47,752 nt of DNA from a virus (Duplodnaviria; Caudoviricetes), in IMG/VR virus record IMGVR_UViG_3300034171_000124, positions 1 through 47,752 of that record; one strand, 5' to 3'. Shown here piece after piece: positions 1-8,650 of the stretch. Both the position numbers and the translations under genes were made by a program. The stretch's first letter is position 1. Every line of letters begins with the position of its first letter. The notes under the pieces are model-generated. The model saw nothing but the letters and a program-made list of their open reading frames with translations, did no database searches and had not been told where the DNA came from.

Positions 1-127
1 TAAACTTTTCTTTCCTTATCCCCTTTTCCAATCACATTTAAACTCATTTCGTAAAAATTCACATCTGACTTATTTACTCCAACTACCTCGCTCAGTCGTA
101 CACCTGAGCTCACTAAAAATTCTATTA
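1..127. repeat. Terminal direct repeat, identical to 47626-47752 (circular contig overlap)
   Basis: The first 127 nt match the last 127 nt exactly, and a CDS reads through the junction. 127 is a common assembler k-mer. Confidence 0.95.
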
Positions 128-662
128 ATGACTCCTCTCGCAACGTTTTACAGGATTGTCTTAATAATTCTATTTCCTCCCTCGTTAATGCATGACGTAA
201 GCGTTTAGGCTCTTTAGTTGCCTTTATATTGGCTAAAGGGCTTTTAAGTATATAACCCTCATTCAAAAGCCAACTAAAAAAGCTTTTAAGAATATATATT
301 TGTCCATTAACGCTCCCAGCTTTCATGTTTTTGCACCTTTGGATTAGATAAACTCGTATATCTGTAGAATCCACTGTAGCTAGAGCTTTACGAATATAAC
401 CACAAAACATTATTAAATTAAGATTATAATTGTATAAAGTTTTTTTACTTAAGCCATCAAGCTTTTTACACGCAAGGTATAAGTATAATTTATCCTCTAT
501 ATCAGAAACAACTAGTCCTTTTTCTTGTGTTACTACATCATATTTATACAGCGTTTCTTCGATTATGCTTCTTACCTTTAATTGGTCAATGTTCGGGAAT
601 TCTAATGTGAGCTTTCCAACTAATCGTATAGTTACCTCATTATTACTATTTTTGTTATACAT
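1..662 (-). CDS. Xer-like tyrosine recombinase, N-terminal part (continues at 47625-47292; about 331 aa in total)
   Basis: RBS GGAGA then ATG at 662, reading MYNKNSNNEVTIRLVGKL...LYLACKKLDGLSKKTLYNY (integrase N-terminal SAM-like). The length is in frame across the junction with the catalytic domain. Absent from the ORF track. Confidence 0.9.
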   Translation of the reverse strand, partial: MYNKNSNNEVTIRLVGKLTLEFPNIDQLKVRSIIEETLYKYDVVTQEKGLVVSDIEDKLYLYLACKKLDGLSKKTLYNYNLNLIMFCGYIRKALATVDSTDIRVYLIQRCKNMKAGSVNGQIYILKSFFSWLLNEGYILKSPLANIKATKEPKRLRHALTREEIELLRQSCKTLREESLIEFLVSSGVRLSEVVGVNKSDVNFYEMSLNVIGKGDKERKV

Positions 663-740
663 AAAATTTCTCCTTATTATTGAAAGTAAAGGAGACCAAT
701 GATACCATATAACTATGGTCCCCTTTCAAAATGGGATTAA

Positions 741-1049
741 TTATTTAGACAAGAAAGATAATACTGCTTGCCGGCGTGTATCTTTCTTTTCTTTTTTGGT
801 ACTAAAAATCCACTTATCCACTTTGCCCTGAGGATGGAATAAATTCCGCTCTGGGTACATAAAAACTTCTAGTACATTATCATCCGAAGCTTTCAGAATT
901 TGTTTATGGATTAATTCTAAATTTCTAAAGCTTCCGGCATCCATTAATTTTAATCTGACCTCTTTACCCTCCTGTAAATTCTTTGTCATATTTTTTGCGA
1001 TTGATGGATGTGTAGTTCTGTTAGTGATTTTGTAAAAAGTCTTTTTCAT
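741..1049 (-). CDS. Hypothetical protein (102 aa)
   Basis: ORF with an AGGAG RBS; no recognisable motif. Confidence 0.6.
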   Translation of the reverse strand: MKKTFYKITNRTTHPSIAKNMTKNLQEGKEVRLKLMDAGSFRNLELIHKQILKASDDNVLEVFMYPERNLFHPQGKVDKWIFSTKKEKKDTRRQAVLSFLSK

Positions 1050-1176
1050 TTCACAACAACTCCTTCTTAATTTCTACTGCACTGTTATAATAAAACATCA
1101 TTTTTTATAAAATCAAGTATTTTTTAAAATAATATTTTTGATGTCGAAACTTGCGTTATAAACATTTAATTATCTA

Positions 1177-1205
1177 TTGTGTTTATACCTACGTGGGTGT
1201 ATAAT
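1177..1205 (+). promoter_or_regulatory. Sigma-A-type promoter with a palindromic operator in the spacer
   Basis: TTGTGT-N17-TATAAT, with imperfect palindrome TATACCTACGTGGGTGTA at 1184-1201. Confidence 0.55.
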
Positions 1206-1267
1206 AATATTATAGTAAAAGTTAATCACTCACCGAGAGGGAGTTAAGATTAAAAGGAGAAAATATT

Positions 1268-1555
1268 ATGCAAGACTTAAATCAATTAATCGGAAAAACA
1301 TTTCAGGAAGGGATATATTTTTTAGGATTAAATGCTGATACTTTTAATTTTGTATATGAAAATGAAATATGCGAAGTAAACTATGAACATACCGATATGA
1401 ATTGCGATAATGAGGCAACTATTTATATAATTACTTTTACGCTTACAGAAAAGATTAAAAATGAAGGCGATGAAGATACAATAGAAGCTAATTTCTTTAT
1501 AAATCCTGAAACTTTTAACTATGCAGGATATTGGCACTTTGAAGAAGTTAAATAG
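1268..1555 (+). CDS. Small, strongly acidic protein (95 aa)
   Basis: AAGGAG RBS; about 19 D/E against 4 K and no R. Confidence 0.75.
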   Translation: MQDLNQLIGKTFQEGIYFLGLNADTFNFVYENEICEVNYEHTDMNCDNEATIYIITFTLTEKIKNEGDEDTIEANFFINPETFNYAGYWHFEEVK

Positions 1556-1556
1556 T

Positions 1557-1745
1557 ATGGAATTAAAAGATATAAAAACTTTAAGAGAAGTAGCGGAGCA
1601 ATCCGCTATATCTTATGAAACTTTAAAAGCTCGTTTAAAATTAAAAAGTTTAAATTTAGTAGAGAATGTTGACTATAAAAAACTAGGTCCTAGAATGCCT
1701 ACTATATTAGGTCCTTCAGGCATAGATAAAATAACTAAAAAATAA
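1557..1745 (+). CDS. Small HTH-like DNA-binding protein (62 aa)
   Basis: ATG just after the upstream stop; TLREVAEQSAISYETLKARLK resembles a helix-turn-helix. Confidence 0.65.
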   Translation: MELKDIKTLREVAEQSAISYETLKARLKLKSLNLVENVDYKKLGPRMPTILGPSGIDKITKK

Positions 1746-1747
1746 AT

Positions 1748-1788
1748 AAAAGCTTAGAATTAGTGTTTAAACTAGCTCTAAGCTTTTA
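1748..1788. terminator. Bidirectional intrinsic terminator
   Basis: Inverted repeat TAAAAGCTTAGA...TCTAAGCTTTTA just after the HTH gene. Confidence 0.65.
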
Positions 1789-2067
1789 ATACAATATGAT
1801 ACGAGTTGATAGGATTTGAATGGTATCAAAAGATTGTAATTAATGATTATCAGCTTTTTGAATGGTTGAAATTATATACTCACTCCCTTTATGACAAATG
1901 TGGCGAATACCTTCGCCAAAATTCAAAACAGAAAAATGAAGCAGATACCTCTGCTCAATTTAAAAAAGAATAATAGGAGAAAACAGAGGGAAAATCTACA
2001 GAGAGACTATATTCGTGCAAAAAATAGAAAAAAGCTCCAGAGATATCTCCCTGAAGCCTTAAATTAT

Positions 2068-2385
2068 TTACTCTATGCTATTATTCATTTCTCCATCGTC
2101 CGCCAGATCCTTGGCTTTATTATATAAATAATGTACTATTCTTCTCATTCTTTCTTGATTTATAAATATTGTAATTTTTTTAGGTAAAAATAGATATGCT
2201 TTTCTAATAACCCATTCTTCCTGCTTTGTTCCACTTTTAAGTATTAAGTCCTTTGCCATGCTCTTTGCTTGTAGCATTAAGGCATAGAGTATACCTTTTG
2301 TTTTCTGCCACTCGAAAACCGCAAAAATTATAGCAACCAATACTACTAAAATTACAAATCTAAATTCAAACAATTTATCTAACAT
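2068..2385 (-). CDS. Membrane protein, possible second (LL-H-like) holin
   Basis: One N-terminal TM helix then a basic amphipathic region; GGAGG RBS; last gene of the lysis operon, followed by a hairpin and T-run near 2025-2060. Confidence 0.55.
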   Translation of the reverse strand: MLDKLFEFRFVILVVLVAIIFAVFEWQKTKGILYALMLQAKSMAKDLILKSGTKQEEWVIRKAYLFLPKKITIFINQERMRRIVHYLYNKAKDLADDGEMNNSIE

Positions 2386-2402
2386 TAATAAAACCTCCTA
2401 AA

Positions 2403-2579
2403 TCATATTTTAATAGTTCTTCCTTTTTCTACATATGCCTTTTGGCCATCAATTTTAACTATCCAGTATGGGCCATCTTCCCCTATAGCTGTTATTTTTT
2501 CACTATAATTAAAAACTTTAATAGGCTTCTTATCTGTAGCAGGGGCCAAAAGGATTATCTTTAATTTTATAGGCTCCAT
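2403..2579 (-). CDS. Stand-alone SH3b-like protein (58 aa)
   Basis: RBS AAGGGGG; MEPIKLKIILLAPATDKKPIKVFNYSEKITAIGEDGPYWIVKIDGQKAYVEKGRTIKI resembles bacterial SH3. Below the ORF-track cutoff. Confidence 0.6.
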   Translation of the reverse strand: MEPIKLKIILLAPATDKKPIKVFNYSEKITAIGEDGPYWIVKIDGQKAYVEKGRTIKI

Positions 2580-2603
2580 GATAATTTCCCCCTTAAACTT
2601 TTA

Positions 2604-3521
2604 TTATCTCAATAGAGCTGCCCAAGTATTTGCTCCAACAACACCATCAGCTGAAAGTCGAAGAGCTACTTGATAGTTTTTAACTGATCCAAGAGTTCCA
2701 GTACCAAAAATACCATCTTGAAGCTTAATAGCGAGTCTCTTTTGTAACCATTTAGTGATATTACCTTGTGCTCCAAATCTTACAGTAGGGCAAGCATCAA
2801 GTGTCTTTGGGCCATAGAATCCATCAACAACTAGATGAGCTCCTTGTTTATTTAATTCCGTTTGTAATTGTGCTACAGAATTGTTAACTCTCAGAGCTGG
2901 CACTGTAACCACTGTTTTAGTAACCTCTACTATTTTAGTTACTGTAGTCTTGATAGTAGTTGCAACTATAGTTCCGGTATTAATTGCATGTCCCACGATT
3001 CCTTCGGCTATTGCCTTTCCTACTCTATCTGCTCCTACCTCTCTGTATATCCTTACATCCTCTGTAGCTTCTACAAAACAAGTTTCGATTAATACTGCTG
3101 CCATATGAGATTGTCTTATGTCGTGTAGCTTATGTTGTGTCATTCCATCCTTTAACCCTCTATTTTTAAATCCAAGGGCCTCTAAATTATTAAGTATTCT
3201 GGTACCAACTTCTATGGATTTTGCATTACCTGGATTAATCCATATTTCACTACCTATTGCTCCTACATATTTATCATAAGCCTTATTAAAATGTTCTGGG
3301 ACATATAAATCCGCTTTAGATTTATTGGCTGTGTCAGTACCAAATCTTAAGTCTACCGATTGCGTACAATTACCAGGAGTTGCATCAACTGTTATTTCTC
3401 CTGCTATTTTTAAATATTTAATTGTAGCATCTTTCACCAGTCTATCCTCTGTAACTTCATCCAGTAGAGCATGAGCTCCAGTAGATTGATAATTGTGGCC
3501 ACCTCTTATTGCATATTTCAT
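2604..3521 (-). CDS. Endolysin: N-acetylmuramoyl-L-alanine amidase (Amidase_3) with peptidoglycan-binding domains
   Basis: GGH, TED, HFN and LIETCF Zn-amidase motifs; T/V-rich linker; DGFYGPKT, DGIFG and ADGVVGANTW PG-binding motifs. Start set at the ATG following GGAGG. Confidence 0.92.
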   Translation of the reverse strand: MKYAIRGGHNYQSTGAHALLDEVTEDRLVKDATIKYLKIAGEITVDATPGNCTQSVDLRFGTDTANKSKADLYVPEHFNKAYDKYVGAIGSEIWINPGNAKSIEVGTRILNNLEALGFKNRGLKDGMTQHKLHDIRQSHMAAVLIETCFVEATEDVRIYREVGADRVGKAIAEGIVGHAINTGTIVATTIKTTVTKIVEVTKTVVTVPALRVNNSVAQLQTELNKQGAHLVVDGFYGPKTLDACPTVRFGAQGNITKWLQKRLAIKLQDGIFGTGTLGSVKNYQVALRLSADGVVGANTWAALLR

Positions 3522-3522
3522 A

Positions 3523-3942
3523 CTATTTATCCTCCTTAATTCCTTTTTTATTTCCTGCCTGTAACTGGACCAACGCATCTCTTAATCTATCTGGTATAGG
3601 TAGTCCTAGCTGAGCACAATTTTCCAATAAACTAATACCCTCATTTGCGATATAAAAGTAACATATTAGGGTCCTGAATAACCATGTACCCGCATTTAAG
3701 AGCCTATCTAATAAAACCGCAACAATGATAACTATAAGTATTAAACTTTTTCTAGCTATGCCCTTAAGTCCTATATCGCTAGATACCTCTTTATTTACAT
3801 ATGCTTTTATTACTCCTGTAATATAATCAAGTACCATAAATACGAGCAAAACTATTATAGCCGTATCCCAAACACCAAACAACCATGTTAGGCATGTCCC
3901 CATTACCGCTATTACTGATTTAATTGTAGTTCCTTTATCCAT
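3523..3942 (-). CDS. Holin (Phage_holin_4_1-type)
   Basis: DYITG...KGIARK...NEGISLLEN...GLPIP signature, directly upstream of the endolysin. Confidence 0.92.
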   Translation of the reverse strand: MDKGTTIKSVIAVMGTCLTWLFGVWDTAIIVLLVFMVLDYITGVIKAYVNKEVSSDIGLKGIARKSLILIVIIVAVLLDRLLNAGTWLFRTLICYFYIANEGISLLENCAQLGLPIPDRLRDALVQLQAGNKKGIKEDK

Positions 3943-4002
3943 TTTTATACCTTCTTTCTTTTATTTTTTTACATGAAAAAGACACCCTTTCGAGTGCCTA
4001 TA

Positions 4003-4052
4003 TTGTGTTATTAAGTTATAACGCTAATTACGTCTTATTTTCCTATGATGAC
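4003..4052 (-). repeat. Two tandem degenerate recombination-like sites just after the tail-fibre stop
   Basis: Minus strand GTCATC-ATAGGAAAATAA-GACGTA (4029-4052) matches the site at 5882-5905 at 17/24 positions; weaker GCGTT-ATAACTTAATAA-CACAA at 4003-4024. Confidence 0.5.
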
Positions 4053-4053
4053 A

Positions 4054-6621
4054 CTAAATTGTTTTAAGCACATAACCGTTTATATATGCTAATCTTCTAT
4101 TTGCAATAGCAGGAGTTAAAGCACTTGCATTTACACCAACTAATTTAATTTTAACGGTATGCTTACCATATGCCAAATCGTCCATCCTTATTGGATAAGT
4201 CGTAGTGCTTGTTGTATATAAATCATAGTTTGCCATTGTTCGTCTACCATCTAGGTAAACATCTACCTTTCCGCCACATGATTTATTACTTAACTGTATT
4301 TGACAGCCAGTACCCTCAAACTCAAATTGTAAATAATCGCCTATTGTATCACTAAACTTTGAAAAATAAGTGTTATATTGCCATGCTTCCTCGCCCCATG
4401 TTCCCACAAAATCAATAGTTTTTGGATTGATTTCTTCATTTTCTTGTACATAGAAAACAACTCCAATTATTCTCATTTGCCCACTCGTACAAACAATATT
4501 AATTCCTTGATTTGCGTAACTTGTGCCACTTATAGAGTAAGTATCAATGTCTACCAATTCTTTTAAGCCTACTCGGTTTGAAGTTCCTGAAAACGTCAAT
4601 CCACTTACTACTATAGTGTCTGATGTGCTTTTCTTCAAATCACAAGTCCATGTACTATTCATTTCATACAAAATATCTACTGCAAAAGCATTCGGATGGT
4701 TAAATCTTGCGTATTGCCCTGATGTTAGTGTTAATCTAGCATTATCAACAGTTTTTCCACCAAATGTCATGGCTGGATTATCACTCGTTACTACAGTGGT
4801 TTCAAGTGTTCCGTTAGTTTCAAAAGAATTAAAAGCTATTTCACAACTATTGGGGAATCTTGTTTTGCCTTTACTATTTACCCTTATACCACTGTTATTA
4901 AATACATAATCAGTTTCTTGATAATTGGTATGTAATAAACTTCTTATAGCATTAGCATAAGCCTTATGCCCCTCTGAGTTCATATGCGTACCATCTGCGT
5001 GAACTTCAAAACCACTATTTTGTTTATCTTCTACATAACACCATGTATCAGCAATAGCACAACCGTAAACATCAGCTAATTTTTTAAAAAACATACTATC
5101 TGAATACATAGTTAAAGGATTTATAGACACGTTGCTTTGAGTTATTATAATAACTTCTGTACCTACTTTTCTATATTTAGCAACCATGCTTTCAAGATGT
5201 TCAAGTTTATACGTTCCACCATTCATTCCATAACCGATAATTGCTAGGTCATATCTTTTATCTATTATAGGTGAATTTTTAACATTTAAATCATATTTCA
5301 TTCCTAAAGATTTTTTAAATTTAACCGCTGAATTGCCACCAATACCAGCGTTAGTACCTATTGCTTCACCCATCATCGCTAAACCATAATGGCTAGTTTG
5401 TGAGCCTTTAGCTTCGTTATCAACTGTAATATTAGCTACGCTCGGAACATTGTAACCATCAGCAGAATAAGTAGAATTAAATAATAAATCTATCCAATAT
5501 GTGCCAGTACCAGCACCTTCTACTAAGCTATCACCATTTAACACTATATTAATTTTTCCAACACCATCAATTATTTTTCGCTTTGTTCTTGGCAGTCTTG
5601 TTTTTGGTAATGTAATTATATTAGGTTGTGTAACATCTGTTATTGCACCGTTTAAGGTAGTTATGGAGGCTATTAATATACCACCATCGTGTATATTTCT
5701 TCTTAGTGCAAAATATTTTTTATTAAACACATCTAGTAAAATATAATAAGTTGCGTTGTCGGGCAAAATTACAGAACCAGCACTATAAGTTGTGTAATAA
5801 CCATCAGCATTTTTAATCTTACCGCTATCAAAATAAGCAGTTAACCCAGTACTTAAATCTGTATTATACCTAAATGATTGTTTCGTCATATTTGCCAATT
5901 CCGACTCATGGATTAACAGTCTGGCATCTAAATTTTCTTCTTCACCTCTTGCATTTGTCACCTCTTGAGCAAATTGTGCACCTTGTGAGATAACAATGTC
6001 AGCCTTTAAAGCTGCATCTGCAGCATTACCTAAAACCGTACTCGCTTTTACATTTACATCCGTAGTGTTACCTGTTTCGATACTATCTTTTAAAGTTACA
6101 TCAAGGGCATTTCCCTCAACTATATTATCATCTAAAATTGTATTAAGATTATCAATTGTGCCTATATTTGCGACTGCTGAATCTATTGAATTTAAAGCAT
6201 TTGTTAAAGCAGTAAATTCGCTCGTACTTTCTATTGCAATATCATCTCTAATATTTTCAAGTACATTAAAATTAAAAGTTACACTTGATAATACTTCATC
6301 ACTTGTACCATAAATCGTAATTTCAGACTCTACTTTTCCTATGCAACTTAATGTTTGCGTAGATAATATTACGCTTAATTTATTATTTTTTACACTATCT
6401 AATATACAATCTTCAAACACTATTGTGCCATCAGCTTTTTTAAAGTATATCCTTGAATTCGTACCAATTAAATTATAACTCGTTCCACTATTAAAGATAT
6501 TAACTATAAATTTATGACTATTGGTGTCATTTTTTTTCATATTTATAGATTTGTTTATGTTCGTTTTGTGTCCTAAATCTATATTAATATTATGATTTAT
6601 TGTTGTTATCATTATGTACAC
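4054..6621 (-). CDS. Tail fibre / receptor-binding protein: BppU-like N-terminus, SGNH/GDSL hydrolase, C-terminal beta-sandwich
   Basis: BppU-like N-terminus (KNDTNSHKF...FKKADG); GDSL (NGDSLVEG), GMN and ADGTHMN motifs; last tail gene. Confidence 0.82.
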   Translation of the reverse strand: MYIMITTINHNINIDLGHKTNINKSINMKKNDTNSHKFIVNIFNSGTSYNLIGTNSRIYFKKADGTIVFEDCILDSVKNNKLSVILSTQTLSCIGKVESEITIYGTSDEVLSSVTFNFNVLENIRDDIAIESTSEFTALTNALNSIDSAVANIGTIDNLNTILDDNIVEGNALDVTLKDSIETGNTTDVNVKASTVLGNAADAALKADIVISQGAQFAQEVTNARGEEENLDARLLIHESELANMTKQSFRYNTDLSTGLTAYFDSGKIKNADGYYTTYSAGSVILPDNATYYILLDVFNKKYFALRRNIHDGGILIASITTLNGAITDVTQPNIITLPKTRLPRTKRKIIDGVGKINIVLNGDSLVEGAGTGTYWIDLLFNSTYSADGYNVPSVANITVDNEAKGSQTSHYGLAMMGEAIGTNAGIGGNSAVKFKKSLGMKYDLNVKNSPIIDKRYDLAIIGYGMNGGTYKLEHLESMVAKYRKVGTEVIIITQSNVSINPLTMYSDSMFFKKLADVYGCAIADTWCYVEDKQNSGFEVHADGTHMNSEGHKAYANAIRSLLHTNYQETDYVFNNSGIRVNSKGKTRFPNSCEIAFNSFETNGTLETTVVTSDNPAMTFGGKTVDNARLTLTSGQYARFNHPNAFAVDILYEMNSTWTCDLKKSTSDTIVVSGLTFSGTSNRVGLKELVDIDTYSISGTSYANQGINIVCTSGQMRIIGVVFYVQENEEINPKTIDFVGTWGEEAWQYNTYFSKFSDTIGDYLQFEFEGTGCQIQLSNKSCGGKVDVYLDGRRTMANYDLYTTSTTTYPIRMDDLAYGKHTVKIKLVGVNASALTPAIANRRLAYINGYVLKTI
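5882..5905 (-). repeat. Degenerate palindromic site inside the tail-fibre gene (codons SELANMTK)
   Basis: GTCGGA-ATTGGCAAATAT-GACGAA has the same 5-12-5 geometry as the intergenic sites at 23647-25808. Confidence 0.55.
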
Positions 6622-6658
6622 CTTTCCTTTCTTTATTTGTTTGCATTAAAAAACACCT

Positions 6659-6913
6659 CTATTGAGATGCTATCGGATATTTATTTACTTGTTGTTCTAA
6701 CATTTCAAGATTTTTTGTATCGATATTAACTCTAAATTTATCCGAATTTCTTAACACAAATTCATCATAATCTATTATTATTTCGTCTAATATCAACAAA
6801 TAATCTTGTGAATGAGAACCATACATAACATCAATGTGTTGTTCACCACTGGCACATGCATATATTTCTCCATTTGATTTAAAATAATGAATAGTCATTA
6901 CAGTATCATACAT
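6659..6913 (-). CDS. Small tail-module hypothetical protein
   Basis: GGAGG RBS; lies between the Tal-like gene and the fibre. Confidence 0.7.
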   Translation of the reverse strand: MYDTVMTIHYFKSNGEIYACASGEQHIDVMYGSHSQDYLLILDEIIIDYDEFVLRNSDKFRVNIDTKNLEMLEQQVNKYPIASQ

Positions 6914-6928
6914 ACACTTAAATACCTC

Positions 6929-8650
6929 CTATGCTATTACTGTATAGCTTATGTTGTTTTTTACGTTACCTATATTGTCCCATAATGCATGTGCATATAT
7001 AGTGAATCTTGCATTCACTTTGTCATAAGTAGGTGCACCCTCAACGAATGCTCCAAATCCGTAAAACTCATGTGCATAATTATCTGCTGTTGCTGTGCCT
7101 GTAAAACTTGTTGTGACATAAAAATTTTTATTTTTAAATTCGTCTGGCAACTGTATAACCGCACTACCCATACCTGTACTTGTACTAATAATCTGTACCT
7201 GTCCAACATAAAACAAATAATGATAATCCTTCTCTGCAGTGCCTACATGTCTTTTAAAGCCACTAGCTCCCATATGAGTATAATCACCATTAGTATGATT
7301 CACCTGAATACCTGTATCGTCAATATCTACTACGTCACTAATACCATTAAAACCTATTTTTACGTTACTAGAAGTTTGTGCAATAGTGCTTGATTGTTCA
7401 GCTGTTATTTTTTCACCTAAATCATCAGTATATTCTTGTGAGCTTCTAACTGTAGCGGTTATAGCTTCTGCGGTAATTAATAACTCAGCATCATCCACTC
7501 TACCCTCCACTGCTGTAATGGCTAGTGCTTGTAGCCTTATTTCTTCATCATTCTGGAATACTGTAGTTTTCATTTCCTTAACATCTGATTTTGCTTCTTC
7601 GATATTACTTTGATTGTATGAAATTTGCTTATCCATGTCATTAAATCTATTATTAATATTATCCTTAAACTGTCCTAACTCCATCTCTAAAATAGTATCT
7701 GTAATTTCATCTTTTACTATCTTTATTACTCTAGCAGTTAAGTCCACTTCAAATATTTCATGTCGAATTATTACACTATCACCGATATTTAGCACTAGTA
7801 AAGCTTCAAACTGCTTGTACTCCTCTGTTTTTTCTAAATTAACAAACTTTATAGTATAATTACTAGAGGGTTTATCTCTTGTTCCCCACAATGCCAATGC
7901 TGCATTTTTTAACTCTGTAGCATCTTCTATATCATCAAATTTTATCTCTTTAGTAATGATAAATGGGTAGTTATTTACAAGTGGGCTTACTAGATATTTA
8001 CTTCCGCCGTTTACTAAATCTATAGTTAAACCATCTTTGCCCTTTGGCATTATTCTAGTTGCTACGTTGCTCCAATTAAGATGTTGTGCAAACCCATTTA
8101 TATCTTTACCATAACTTATTAATCGCCCAGTATCCCTTCCTACACGACTTTTAACAGATACAACATAATTATCACAATCTAACTCACCTTTCCATCGTGG
8201 CAAAATCTTATTGTAAATACCCTCTGTAGGACTTTCTTCCACAAAATAAGCGGTTCCAAGTCCTAAATCATCACATTCGCCAACACTAAATTTGGGATTG
8301 ACTGCTATTGCTATTGCAAGTGCATCAGCCACGCTCTTATTATCTGCTCTTACATCTTCATTAAAATCATTATTTAAGTCATAAAAGATGTGGTTAGCAG
8401 TTACTGATACGCTCAAACCATCAGCTTGGAAGTTATTTTGTAATGGTATTCTGTAAAGTTGACCGCCTGCTTTTATAATGTTTAATCCTTTGATTTCTAG
8501 ATATTTACCTCGTTTGTTAACTGGATATTCTAAATCTAAGCTACGAGTTTTATTTAATTCCTGTGTACTAATACAAGAGGTGGCTTCATGTAAGACAACT
8601 AAACCATTATTATTAAAATCAATAGTATTGGCATCATAAATATTAATCAC
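6929..8650 (-). CDS. Tail spike / Tal-like (prophage tail endopeptidase family) protein
   Basis: N-terminal NNGLVVL...LEYP and TRIMPKGKDG motifs plus a coiled coil; follows Dit. Confidence 0.85.
   Translation of the reverse strand: MINIYDANTIDFNNNGLVVLHEATSCISTQELNKTRSLDLEYPVNKRGKYLEIKGLNIIKAGGQLYRIPLQNNFQADGLSVSVTANHIFYDLNNDFNEDVRADNKSVADALAIAIAVNPKFSVGECDDLGLGTAYFVEESPTEGIYNKILPRWKGELDCDNYVVSVKSRVGRDTGRLISYGKDINGFAQHLNWSNVATRIMPKGKDGLTIDLVNGGSKYLVSPLVNNYPFIITKEIKFDDIEDATELKNAALALWGTRDKPSSNYTIKFVNLEKTEEYKQFEALLVLNIGDSVIIRHEIFEVDLTARVIKIVKDEITDTILEMELGQFKDNINNRFNDMDKQISYNQSNIEEAKSDVKEMKTTVFQNDEEIRLQALAITAVEGRVDDAELLITAEAITATVRSSQEYTDDLGEKITAEQSSTIAQTSSNVKIGFNGISDVVDIDDTGIQVNHTNGDYTHMGASGFKRHVGTAEKDYHYLFYVGQVQIISTSTGMGSAVIQLPDEFKNKNFYVTTSFTGTATADNYAHEFYGFGAFVEGAPTYDKVNARFTIYAHALWDNIGNVKNNISYTVIA

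Noticed and set aside
1142-1148. Spo0A box TGTCGAA
   Set aside because: A single 7-mer can occur by chance in 47 kb. Its intergenic position is suggestive but not sufficient.
1800-1880. Mini-CRISPR array from the TTTGAATGGT repeat
   Set aside because: Only two 10-bp copies, too short for CRISPR repeats, and no cas genes were seen.
1891-2127. 78-aa plus-strand ORF
   Set aside because: It has no RBS, runs through hairpins and the lysis terminator, and overlaps the 105-aa gene.
4054-8650. Diversity-generating retroelement or invertible shufflon for the tail fibre
   Set aside because: No reverse transcriptase, no TR/VR pair and no inverted alternative fibre ends were seen.
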